This document shows, piece after piece, positions 40,601 to 48,505 of a DNA stretch of 62,900 nucleotides. Source of the stretch: a virus (Duplodnaviria; Caudoviricetes). Position 1 is the first letter of the stretch, and each line of letters opens with the position of its first letter. The translations under genes and the position numbers were made by a program. The stretch is taken from positions 1 to 62,900 of the IMG/VR virus record IMGVR_UViG_3300031857_000168. One strand, given 5' to 3'. The notes beneath the pieces are model-generated. The model made no database searches. It was not told the DNA's origin and saw only the letters and a program-made list of their open reading frames with translations.

Positions 40601-43118
40601 CTCCGTCATCGGACGACACTACTCGCCCAGAGTCCAGACAAGCTTAAGCAGTGGCTACTATGGATCAGGTCTGCGCGGTGCTGAAGCCGGCCGGCTGCGG
40701 GAAAGCAACGACCCCCGTATCTCCAAACGCATCTACTTCTACGTCGACACCGGCAAAGGTATCCGCCCCGAATCGGGCGTTGGCCGCTTTGCTCACGAAG
40801 TCCGTCTCGATAATATCTACGATCCCGCGTCCCGCCTGATCCCACCACAAGGTAATGCAAATGCATTCGAGTCGGCGGTAATCGACGCCGGGTTCGACGG
40901 CTACATCGCGCCCTTCGGTAACGGTGCGGCGGTTGTCGTGCTAGGTCCGCAGCACAACGCTGTCCCAGTTAAGTCGCTGGAGCAGGTTGCTTTTGCAAAG
41001 CGCGAGAAGACAACCGCGATCGGGGATTTCGAGACCGTGCCGCAGAAAGACGGCGGAATCAAGGTGCTTGGGGCGGCTGATGAAATTCGAGCTGTCATGC
41101 CAGAGGGGGTGGTCGGGCGGCCGGTTGAAGGTGGCATCCTGTTTACCCCGGCAAACGCTCCCCGCGTGCGCGCGGCACTGGAAGGTAGGAAGCTGGCATA
41201 CAGCCGGGCAGGTGCGGTCGTTACTAATCTACCGATGAAAAACGGGGTGTATGTTGGCGCGCCACCGAAGTACAACACGCCTGCCAAAATCGCTACTCTG
41301 CGCAAGAACTTACGCAAGCTAACCTTTGAAGGCGCGCCCGGCAAGTATTGGTATGAGAACAGCGGTAAAGAAGTTTTGAAGATGGTCGGTGGTGACGTGC
41401 AGGAGGCGCGTAAATTCGTCGCGTTGTTGGCGATCTACTCGCCACAAGCTAAGGTTGATGCTAACTCCACTTTCGCCCTGCGCGCGTGGGCCCAATACAA
41501 AGCCGGCCAGCCGATTAGCGTTAAGACCGGAGTCATGGATAAGAAAGCAAAAGCGGCACTGGAAGATGTCGATGCCTTCTGGTCAGGTGAAAAGACTGGC
41601 AATTTCTTCAATAACCTGTTGCGCATGATCGACCCCAGCACGGCCGGCAAGCAGGGTGCGACGATTGACATGTGGATGATGCGCGCTGCCGAATATCCGA
41701 CTGACGCCCCGACCGCTACGCAATACGCGTTTATGGAGAATGAGACCAACGCGATTGCAAAGGAACTCGGCTGGGAACCCCAGCAAGTACAGGCTGCAAT
41801 CTGGGTAGCGATGAAAGCCCGGATGGAAAACTCCGGCGTCAAAAAACGTACTGAAGAGTCTAGCGAAAAGAAAGGCTGGATTCGGTACGACTACCCATTG
41901 AAAAACGGAAAGCCGACAAAGACCCGCGTCATCCTTGACGCGCAGAAGCACCGAGACAATTGGCTGCAAAAAGCTTTTGCGCACGACCCTTCGGGAAGTG
42001 ATACCGCACAAGCGAAGTTTGATTTCGGTGATGGGTTGAAGCGGCACCTTGGCCAGATTTCGTTCGAGGCTAGACCCGGGCGTACAACTAACGTGCTGCC
42101 CGGAATTCATACCGCGCCGTATGCGCAGCAAGTTGAATTCCAGCAGGCGGTGCAGGCTGCTTTCTTGGACGACACCGGCGCTGATCGGCTGGCGCAACTG
42201 CTTGGCCTGCTTGTTGATACGAATGACATTTTGGTGCCCGGTATATGGCAGGGGGATGTATCGCCTAGTTCCCAGAAGCTGGTCGCCATGGCGCCGGCAA
42301 AAGGTGAAGCGGGTAAGACTGAAGTTGATCCAGCTCAAGCCGAGGCCCTCGATCTATACGCCGCCGTAGCGGGTCTGGTGGCCCGGCAGGAAGGCGTCGG
42401 CTGGCACCGGCCATTCTTTGCTGGCACGAAGCGCGATTCAAACGGTTTGGATATCGATCTTGGTCGGGCGATTAACCCGGCGGAAGCGGCCGATCTTGAG
42501 CGGGCGCTTGGCGTGTGGATGGAAAACAACAAAAAGGCAAATTGGCAAGACAGCTTTGCCTTGATCAGTTCCCCGGAAGGCATCCGTCTGGTAAATTTTG
42601 GGGTAGTCTCGAACGAGACTTTACAGTCTGATATTGTCAAGGTTGCCGAATCGGTGCTGCCCGATTTCGACTACCGGGTGTTCGCTTCGAGCGGTAATTT
42701 GGTTGGAAATAATTGGAAGGAAAATCCTAATGGGGAAGGCTACGTACAAAGGCTTAGTGCCGCCGGGCGATCCGATGTTCTCGACTGGGCCCGAACTGTA
42801 CTCGCGCCCAGAGTCCAGTCCGTCTTCGATGAGTACAGCAAGAAGTATGACTGGGGAGACCCCGGAAAAATCAGCTTCAGCAAACGAGAAGCTGAAGGAA
42901 GAAATAAAGAAATTGCAAGAGAGATTCAAGAAGTAGTCCAGCCTGATTTAGAATCCCTTTTCAGAAGTTTGAACGGCCGTGGCCTTAAACGCACCCGTGC
43001 AGAGGCTACGGTATCCGCACGTCCCGATGCAGCCCGCATCAACTACATACAAGAAAATTTCCTTGATATCTTGTCGGAGCTTGAAGACTCAGGCAAAGTC
43101 AAGATTAACTGTGATTGA
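37671..43118 (+). CDS. Giant polyvalent ejection protein 1 (HExxH peptidase-like, ART-like, HhH-glycosylase/DUF7178-like modules)
   Basis: LHEFKH..SEMTAD; RHYS..YGSG..IYFY..GFDGY; YWY..LAIYSPQ..GEKTGNF..TIDMWM..QVQAAIW. Confidence 0.75.
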   Translation: MAFDVEGALAAGYSRADIAEYLASKKNFDVAGAREAGYTDEDIVSYLLPEKPLAKAAPVSAPKTDTVQNPLAAKEPGIIDRLVTAVKDVGKPSSVMDTYTPTAEDQQKAIDKRLSLGQGPVSETAVAKAQDVRTGRLKTEDQGLIRLAKALEQQQAPTLEGVAQRVTEDERLADEAETARRRALARENPLLGSLQSGLASMTAGGLNLPSVAADAFNQTFVNPVLEAAGFSPLDRVSTAYGTEYLAKAAEDYMPSVGRQGMAEAYDKGQFGQWLFSNMAANSPQIAMSLAAAYFPPLRASILPAMGSTTAGQSFAAGDDSRVAAAKGAVEVVTEMLPLGVFDKVGDVLRGMSVPKQKAVLAIAGQRLLQSGAQISADMLTNAVEEAAAQFGGNVLDRYFQGKDVELTQGLADASVLGAATGGAMGAPRSAGILAGKFEPVTPEQQIADAINQNVQQMQPVGAELEAVAALSPTPIDPAVLAQRILQSRTVDDAISAAEQAAGGIPQVSYAPSLAPAAAAPLPAPAPIQNLPTIPSVAEIQQEQPTLNMGRVEPTLGPVPETGTVTLPEPSVAVEQQFGLDKLRLAPRPQRIQGQSVADLSDDQLRAVVEDEAAPAITRRGAQIELDARRSEQGPARVEPTLTPTTEVPAAAAEPVAGALEPSAVRADAQRYLDEQAATEGIESPVQLNPAPAEEQTAVSEIAQALGSQFGTKIEAYSDARDTAVNGFAFKGTAFVNVANVPMNITRTTLHEFKHTVEQIAQAETEAGLTGTAAQQFVADIDSIFDDITEEGRRAYAENFLFKEELDNLTGAKREKRLRQLLASPTLRSEMTADFIGNRATDKAFWQDIAAQDPEGFKGFVEKWLKIIDNLLATLRGTKTQTRKESAKVDKYIRDLNTAKMIARDALIEYRRGALTESQRAAPEGKPAASLREGEGRETNIPAGGESVQPAAERAGPPVGEAGRGEVPSYGEAREGAISVIGRHYSPRVQTSLSSGYYGSGLRGAEAGRLRESNDPRISKRIYFYVDTGKGIRPESGVGRFAHEVRLDNIYDPASRLIPPQGNANAFESAVIDAGFDGYIAPFGNGAAVVVLGPQHNAVPVKSLEQVAFAKREKTTAIGDFETVPQKDGGIKVLGAADEIRAVMPEGVVGRPVEGGILFTPANAPRVRAALEGRKLAYSRAGAVVTNLPMKNGVYVGAPPKYNTPAKIATLRKNLRKLTFEGAPGKYWYENSGKEVLKMVGGDVQEARKFVALLAIYSPQAKVDANSTFALRAWAQYKAGQPISVKTGVMDKKAKAALEDVDAFWSGEKTGNFFNNLLRMIDPSTAGKQGATIDMWMMRAAEYPTDAPTATQYAFMENETNAIAKELGWEPQQVQAAIWVAMKARMENSGVKKRTEESSEKKGWIRYDYPLKNGKPTKTRVILDAQKHRDNWLQKAFAHDPSGSDTAQAKFDFGDGLKRHLGQISFEARPGRTTNVLPGIHTAPYAQQVEFQQAVQAAFLDDTGADRLAQLLGLLVDTNDILVPGIWQGDVSPSSQKLVAMAPAKGEAGKTEVDPAQAEALDLYAAVAGLVARQEGVGWHRPFFAGTKRDSNGLDIDLGRAINPAEAADLERALGVWMENNKKANWQDSFALISSPEGIRLVNFGVVSNETLQSDIVKVAESVLPDFDYRVFASSGNLVGNNWKENPNGEGYVQRLSAAGRSDVLDWARTVLAPRVQSVFDEYSKKYDWGDPGKISFSKREAEGRNKEIAREIQEVVQPDLESLFRSLNGRGLKRTRAEATVSARPDAARINYIQENFLDILSELEDSGKVKINCD
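40477..40647 (+). CDS. Candidate nested +1-frame ORF A (56 aa)
   Basis: AAGGAG 6 nt before GTG; MKQISPPEVKAYSRLQSELDRQLVKLGAV amphipathic helix. Confidence 0.45.
   Translation: MKQISPPEVKAYSRLQSELDRQLVKLGAVKSQATEKPVKALSPSSDDTTRPESRQA
42730..42936 (+). CDS. Candidate nested +1-frame ORF B (68 aa)
   Basis: AAGGA 8 nt before ATG; MGKATYKGLVPPGDPMFSTGPELYSRP, C-terminal helix. Confidence 0.55.
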   Translation: MGKATYKGLVPPGDPMFSTGPELYSRPESSPSSMSTARSMTGETPEKSASANEKLKEEIKKLQERFKK

Positions 43119-43126
43119 GGTAGCCC

Positions 43127-43618
43127 ATGAAACCTACAATGATTATCGCTGGCAATATAAAAGCTTTGCTAGATGACGCCATCCATTCAGAATTGTATGC
43201 GTCAAATCTATACAAGCACATTGCTAATTCAATGCAGAAGCAAGGATACTTTGGCGCGCAGAAATTCTTTTTGAAAGAAAGCGCCTCGGAGCTGGAGCAT
43301 TATCAATCGCACGTTCAGTTTCAAAACGATGTTGGTGCTCAAGCTAAAGTGCCGGCAATCGAAGCCATGACCGAAGAAGTCAATGGTTTGATTGACGCGA
43401 TTGAACTTGGCTACGAAACAGAACTCGAACTATATAACGACTACAAAAAGTGGTACTCAGCAGCCGGGGTCGACCCCGTAGTACAGCAATTCCTTTTGCA
43501 GTTTTTAGAGTTGCAGCGAACTAGTGTTGGTGAGTATGGTGATTTGCTGGCGCGTTTGGCTTTGGTCGCTGATGACAAAGCCGGCATCCTGTTGATAGAT
43601 CAAGAACTAGGTGGTTAA
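43127..43618 (+). CDS. Ferritin-like protein
   Basis: SELYASNLY, GAQKFF..E..ELEH, YETEL, QQFLLQFLELQ, GILLIDQEL; 163 aa; GAGG SD. Confidence 0.85.
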   Translation: MKPTMIIAGNIKALLDDAIHSELYASNLYKHIANSMQKQGYFGAQKFFLKESASELEHYQSHVQFQNDVGAQAKVPAIEAMTEEVNGLIDAIELGYETELELYNDYKKWYSAAGVDPVVQQFLLQFLELQRTSVGEYGDLLARLALVADDKAGILLIDQELGG

Positions 43619-43620
43619 TC

Positions 43621-46600
43621 ATGACATGTACTTACCGGTTTACAGACACTGACGGTAAGCAAGTAGTCATTCAAGGACAGGCTGCGTTCAAAGCTTTTTT
43701 AGCTGAAGGCGGTTTGGAGCGACTGGGAATTACTGCTCCTCAAAAACCTGTTTCTTTCCAGCGGCGTCAAGGCAATGTGCTTGATAGAATACCGGAACTT
43801 GATTTGCGTGACGCTGCAGACGCCATCGCAAAGATGGACCCCGACGTTCGGGATGACACCATGCTTGGCGATTTCCCCGGGGGCGCCGATGGGTACAACC
43901 TATACGAAGCCAGAACACTGCTTAAAAAACCTAGCGAAAAACTAAAGCGCGTTACTGAAAGCAATAGTTTTTCGTTGTGGCAACAGTATGATTACATTGC
44001 TAACGCAGACGGTGAATACTTCGGTGTAACCAAAGAGGAAGACCCGGACGAACCGGATGACGAAACGAAATTTGTATATTCGTTTTCTCCGCTTGATAAC
44101 CCAAGAACCGGCACTACAACAACGACTGATCAGACTGACGAGCTATTCAGAGAGATGCGCGCATCACTCGGTGAAGCGCCAAAATTTCAACGCCGCCAAG
44201 TTGATATTGGCGCAGCTCTTCAAGACAGAGTAGATAATGATTTTGATGCGTTGGTTGAAGAGTACAATCGGCTTGAAGGTACAGATAACGGCGTAGTTCT
44301 TGACGCTGATATCGCCCGCGAGCTTTCTCCTGAATACCGCGCGGATCGGTCCAGAGCTGGTGAGGTGCATGAAGCTGTCGGTAATTTTATCGATAAGCTT
44401 TACGAACAGCGGATGCAAGAAACCAGTCCAGATGGTTTGGTTGTGTTGATGGCTGGCGGCGGTGGTGCCGGCAAATCTAGTTCAAAAAATCTTCTTGCTG
44501 ACGCCTATAGCCTTGCCGACATTATTCTTGACGGCACCTTGTCTACTTACAAAAGCGCCAAACAGCGCGTGCAGGCAGCGCTTGACGCCGGTCAAGATGT
44601 AAACATTGCCTACATATACCGTGACCCAGTAGACGCTGTAAAAAACGGTGTGCTACCACGCGCCATGCGGACTGGGCGCGTCGTGCCTGTTGACGGTTTG
44701 GTCAAAGGCCATGCAGGATCAAACGAAACCATACGCAAACTGCAGGAAGACTACGGCGACAATCCGGCGTTTAAGATATTTGCTGTAGATAACTCTAGGG
44801 GTGAAGGTAACGCGGCGCTGATTAATGTAGATGAAATCCCCCGCGTTGAACGAGAAGGTTTAAAAGAGGAGTTGATAAATGCAATCAATGAAGAATACAA
44901 AGCAGGACGAATCAGCGAAAAAATCTATCGCGCCTCGCTCGGACAAAGTACCAGAGAAGGTGCTGCTGCGACGCAAAATGTTCGAGAACAGATTGAAGAA
45001 GGCGTTCGCGAACGGAGGGGACCTGTCGGGCAAAGAAACGCCGTAGCATTTCAAAGACGGCAGCGCGGCCGTGAGACTGAAGGCTGGGTTCTCAGCCGCG
45101 ATGAGGTAGGTCGTTTCCGTTTCGGCGCTGGCGCAAAAGCGTACCGCTACGCTGCGGACGTCGCTAACCTAGTGCTCGATAAGATTGGCATGAAGCCGGT
45201 CAGCGAGGACCTTGGCCGCGCGATGCGCAAGATGAAGGCGGAAGTAGAGCGCGCTCAACGTCTAACCGTAGACGTGGCTGCCAAGATGAAAGACCTGCCG
45301 GAACAAGAACGGCAAATGATTAGCGACGTGATCGAGGGTGAATTAAAGCGCGGAGTCAAACCGCCACAACACGTGCTGATGTTGGCAGCGTCTCTGCAGT
45401 CAATCATGTCTGAACAATCTGCAGAACTGGTGCGCTTAGGTATGTTGTCGCCCGAAGCAGCCGGCCGTTGGGATGGTAAATACCTGCCACGCTTCTACGA
45501 ACAGAAGCTAGGTGATGAAGTTAAGGCGTGGTCAAAGGCAGCCAAAGCTTTGCTTGGCCGTAAGAAAACCATGCAGGGCATCGGCGGGTCTAGCCTAAAG
45601 TCTCGCGGCATGTTTGAACTAATCAACACCGACGACCTGCAGGACTGGTTGGATGAAGGCTGGGAGATTAGGGATAAAGATTTCGACCCGGCTGTTGATG
45701 ACACAGTGATGGTGTGGCGGGACTACACCCGCAAAGAACGTGACGACATGGGCGAAATCAGAGACGCCATGTTCCGCTTCGTGATGGGCTACAACAAATC
45801 CCAGCGGGACATTGCGCTTGGCCGCCTGTACGAATCGCTCGCCGATAACTTCGCCAGCAAAAGAGAACTGCCGGGGTATGTGAAAGTACCGGATACTTTA
45901 GTCGAGGATACGTTTGCCCGCAGATACGGCAAGCTGGCAGGTAAATGGGTGCCGGCTGAAGTCATGGACCACCTATCTGCATTCGACCAGTCGCAACAAA
46001 ATGAGCTGCTGAAAATGTATCTCAAAGGTTTGTCGATGTGGAAGGAAGGTAAAACTGTTCTGAATCCGGTGTCGCATGCCAACAACGTAATGTCTAACGT
46101 GACCATGGCGCACTTCGCCGGCGTGTCTTATTGGGACCTTCACAAGTACGCTGGCGCCATGCGTGATCTGCTGAAGAATACTCCGATGGTGCAGGAAGCG
46201 TTAGACGCCGGCCTGTTTGGCGGTACGTTTAACCGCGCCGAACTGTTGGATCAGATGCCGCCGCAGCTAAAAGCTTTGGCTGGCATGAGCGAGTCTCGCC
46301 TGAAAAAAGGCGTCGATACAGTTTGGAACGCGTTGAGCTGGTTCCTGCGCAAGCCTGCAGCCACAGCATACCAAGCTGAAGATCAGTTCTTCCGGTACCT
46401 TATCTACAAAGACGCTCGCGATCGTGGGTTAGATGTTGACGACGCGATAGATTATTCTCAGCGCTACATCTTCACCTATGATGATCTGCCAAGAGGCGCA
46501 CGCGTGGCCAGAGATTTTGCGCTGCCATTCTTTGCCTACACTTACAAAGTTGTGCCGCCTATCGTAAACACAGCCCTAGAAAAACCATGGCGCTATGCTG

Positions 46601-47454
46601 CCCCGGCGGCAGCTTTGTACGCCATCAATGCCGCCATGTACGCTATGGCCGCAGGGCTTGGCGGCGGTGAGGATGAAGACTGGTGGACGGTCATCCGGCG
46701 CTATGTAACGGACCCGGAGTTCCGCGACAAAGCAAAAAAGATGGAAGAGCAGGAGCGAGAAAACCTACCGCCGTGGATGAAGGGCGCCAGCTTTACATTA
46801 GGTACTCCGAAAGCAATCCGCATGGGCATGGACGACGTGACAAACTTGCCGCTGTTCCTTGACGTCAGCCGAATTTTCCCGGGCGGTGACCTGCTTGACG
46901 CGCATGCAAACGCTGGGGGCGTACCGTTGCTACAACCAATAACACCTAGCAACCCAGTGCTCAATACTGTCGGCGCCATGATCTGGAATAAGGACAGTTT
47001 CTTCGGCAAGGAAATAGTTGATAAGAACGACACGGCTGCCGAGGCGGCTGAGAAGCGTGGCCAGTGGATATGGAAGCAGTTCAGTCCTGCCGTCGCCGTG
47101 GGTAACTATCACTGGGACCGCGCCATGAATGTCATCGCCAACCAGACAGGCCAACCGGTTTTCGGTTATACCGGCATCGGTAAGGACGGCCTCCCGGTAC
47201 AGCTCCCCTACGCCGCCGCTCAAACTGTCGGTATTAAGATCAGGCCGATCGATCTCGAACTGTCTGAACAAATCTCCAAATCCGAGCGGGAGAAAACTAT
47301 TCGTGACCTTGACGCCGAGATCAGACAGATCAAGCGGCTGGAGAAGAAAGGCGCCATAACCGAGAGCGCAGCAGAGAAGCAGATCGAACTTCAGAAAGAA
47401 AAGAAATCGAGACTTAAAGAAGGTCTTACGGTTGAAGGCGAGAAGCCTAAATAA
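43621..47454 (+). CDS. Giant polyvalent ejection protein 2 (zeta-toxin-like P-loop kinase + helical LPD38-like C-terminus)
   Basis: LMAGGGGAGKS, ILDGTLS, RAMRTGRVVP; YLPRFY, PFFAY, ENLPPWMK. Confidence 0.75.
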   Translation: MTCTYRFTDTDGKQVVIQGQAAFKAFLAEGGLERLGITAPQKPVSFQRRQGNVLDRIPELDLRDAADAIAKMDPDVRDDTMLGDFPGGADGYNLYEARTLLKKPSEKLKRVTESNSFSLWQQYDYIANADGEYFGVTKEEDPDEPDDETKFVYSFSPLDNPRTGTTTTTDQTDELFREMRASLGEAPKFQRRQVDIGAALQDRVDNDFDALVEEYNRLEGTDNGVVLDADIARELSPEYRADRSRAGEVHEAVGNFIDKLYEQRMQETSPDGLVVLMAGGGGAGKSSSKNLLADAYSLADIILDGTLSTYKSAKQRVQAALDAGQDVNIAYIYRDPVDAVKNGVLPRAMRTGRVVPVDGLVKGHAGSNETIRKLQEDYGDNPAFKIFAVDNSRGEGNAALINVDEIPRVEREGLKEELINAINEEYKAGRISEKIYRASLGQSTREGAAATQNVREQIEEGVRERRGPVGQRNAVAFQRRQRGRETEGWVLSRDEVGRFRFGAGAKAYRYAADVANLVLDKIGMKPVSEDLGRAMRKMKAEVERAQRLTVDVAAKMKDLPEQERQMISDVIEGELKRGVKPPQHVLMLAASLQSIMSEQSAELVRLGMLSPEAAGRWDGKYLPRFYEQKLGDEVKAWSKAAKALLGRKKTMQGIGGSSLKSRGMFELINTDDLQDWLDEGWEIRDKDFDPAVDDTVMVWRDYTRKERDDMGEIRDAMFRFVMGYNKSQRDIALGRLYESLADNFASKRELPGYVKVPDTLVEDTFARRYGKLAGKWVPAEVMDHLSAFDQSQQNELLKMYLKGLSMWKEGKTVLNPVSHANNVMSNVTMAHFAGVSYWDLHKYAGAMRDLLKNTPMVQEALDAGLFGGTFNRAELLDQMPPQLKALAGMSESRLKKGVDTVWNALSWFLRKPAATAYQAEDQFFRYLIYKDARDRGLDVDDAIDYSQRYIFTYDDLPRGARVARDFALPFFAYTYKVVPPIVNTALEKPWRYAAPAAALYAINAAMYAMAAGLGGGEDEDWWTVIRRYVTDPEFRDKAKKMEEQERENLPPWMKGASFTLGTPKAIRMGMDDVTNLPLFLDVSRIFPGGDLLDAHANAGGVPLLQPITPSNPVLNTVGAMIWNKDSFFGKEIVDKNDTAAEAAEKRGQWIWKQFSPAVAVGNYHWDRAMNVIANQTGQPVFGYTGIGKDGLPVQLPYAAAQTVGIKIRPIDLELSEQISKSEREKTIRDLDAEIRQIKRLEKKGAITESAAEKQIELQKEKKSRLKEGLTVEGEKPK
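44879..45046 (+). CDS. Candidate nested +1-frame ORF C (55 aa)
   Basis: GAGGAG 7 nt before ATG; ends exactly before the third FQRRQ linker. Confidence 0.5.
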   Translation: MQSMKNTKQDESAKKSIAPRSDKVPEKVLLRRKMFENRLKKAFANGGDLSGKETP

Positions 47455-47455
47455 T

Positions 47456-48097
47456 TTACTCACCGCGACCGTCATAGGTGACATCTTCGGTGTCACCTAG
47501 TCTCCACTTTGCTTTATTCTCCACGCGAAATTTTTTAGTCGCAACTTTAAAGTCCGGCGTCTTCATGTCCTGCGGATTCAATGCCGCGTCAAAAAATAAG
47601 CACCGATTGTTTGGCTGCAGAGCGAACTGACCATTGTGTAGTTTCAATAGATTGAAACTTTTGTGTTCGTCCATGCTTTCGCTGAAACCAAAGTCAGGTA
47701 TCCGTGGATCAGGCGAACAACAGTCCAGTGTAAACATGTACTCGCCGTCATGTAGTTTGCGGTCTTTGCCAAAAAATTGCGCGCGCAATCCTTTCAACAG
47801 CGGTTTCTCTACGACCGTCACATCGTAGCTCATGGCGTCCCAAATCTGCAGAACATCCAACGGGAGATCGCCGCCCAACTGGCTGGCATCGTCGTGTTTG
47901 AAGGCGCTGATTGGTAACTTGTCAAACAGCGCGCCGTACTCAGGTAAGTAGGTTTCAAAACGAAACGCTTCACCGCGTATAGACTTCACACTACACCACA
48001 CACCTTGCACAAAGTCATCGTGTCCGCGTTCAAAGTCGTACAAGTATTCAGCTCGGACTAGTACTTTGACTGGCGGCAGAGGACATATGAAGCTCAT
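47456..48097 (-). CDS. Conserved hypothetical phage protein
   Basis: VRAEYLYD, GALFDKLPISAF, EHKSFN..GQFALQPNNR. Confidence 0.75.
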   Translation of the reverse strand: MSFICPLPPVKVLVRAEYLYDFERGHDDFVQGVWCSVKSIRGEAFRFETYLPEYGALFDKLPISAFKHDDASQLGGDLPLDVLQIWDAMSYDVTVVEKPLLKGLRAQFFGKDRKLHDGEYMFTLDCCSPDPRIPDFGFSESMDEHKSFNLLKLHNGQFALQPNNRCLFFDAALNPQDMKTPDFKVATKKFRVENKAKWRLGDTEDVTYDGRGE

Positions 48098-48285
48098 TAG
48101 AATCTAGCCTTTTCTCTGGTTTTGTTTCTCTGAACACAGTCAGCGCACTTCCATCTCCTGCGCAAACCCTTCATTATGGATACCCACTCCCCGCCTTGAA
48201 TCGGGTGCGCCCAGTTACACTGACTGCACCAGCGCTTACCAGTTATTAACTCTACGCTCCGATGAAACTTGTCCTTGGTCTTCAT
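48097..48285 (-). CDS. Small zinc-finger protein
   Basis: CSQC..WKCADC; GAGGA SD. Confidence 0.6.
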   Translation of the reverse strand: MKTKDKFHRSVELITGKRWCSQCNWAHPIQGGEWVSIMKGLRRRWKCADCVQRNKTREKARF

Positions 48286-48505
48286 CCTCAGCCGCCATCT
48301 GTCTGATTTTTTCAATCGACAACCCTGTCTTATCATAGATAATCAGGATCATTTTTGCCGTCAGATTTTTATGGTCATTTCTAATTCTACTCAAAGCCGC
48401 CGGAGATGAGTAAAGAATTTCTGCCAGTTCTACGTCGCTTTTTACTTTGAATTTTTTGAATAGATACGCAAACAGTTTTCTTTCCGGTACTTTTAAATTC
48501 CTCAT
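48236..48505 (-). CDS. XRE-like HTH protein
   Basis: SDVELAEIL..SPAALSRIR. Confidence 0.65.
   Translation of the reverse strand: MRNLKVPERKLFAYLFKKFKVKSDVELAEILYSSPAALSRIRNDHKNLTAKMILIIYDKTGLSIEKIRQMAAEDEDQGQVSSERRVNNW

Noticed and set aside
39334-42369. Other +1-frame ORFs inside giant protein 1 (39334, 40651, 40987, 41389, 42049)
   Set aside because: No convincing SD/start and they overlie conserved domains; they show the chance background against which nested ORFs A-C must be tested
43118-43621. Ferritin as an intein- or intron-borne insertion splitting one gene
   Set aside because: Each ORF has its own stop and start; no intein C-terminal HN motif or group I/II intron structure seen
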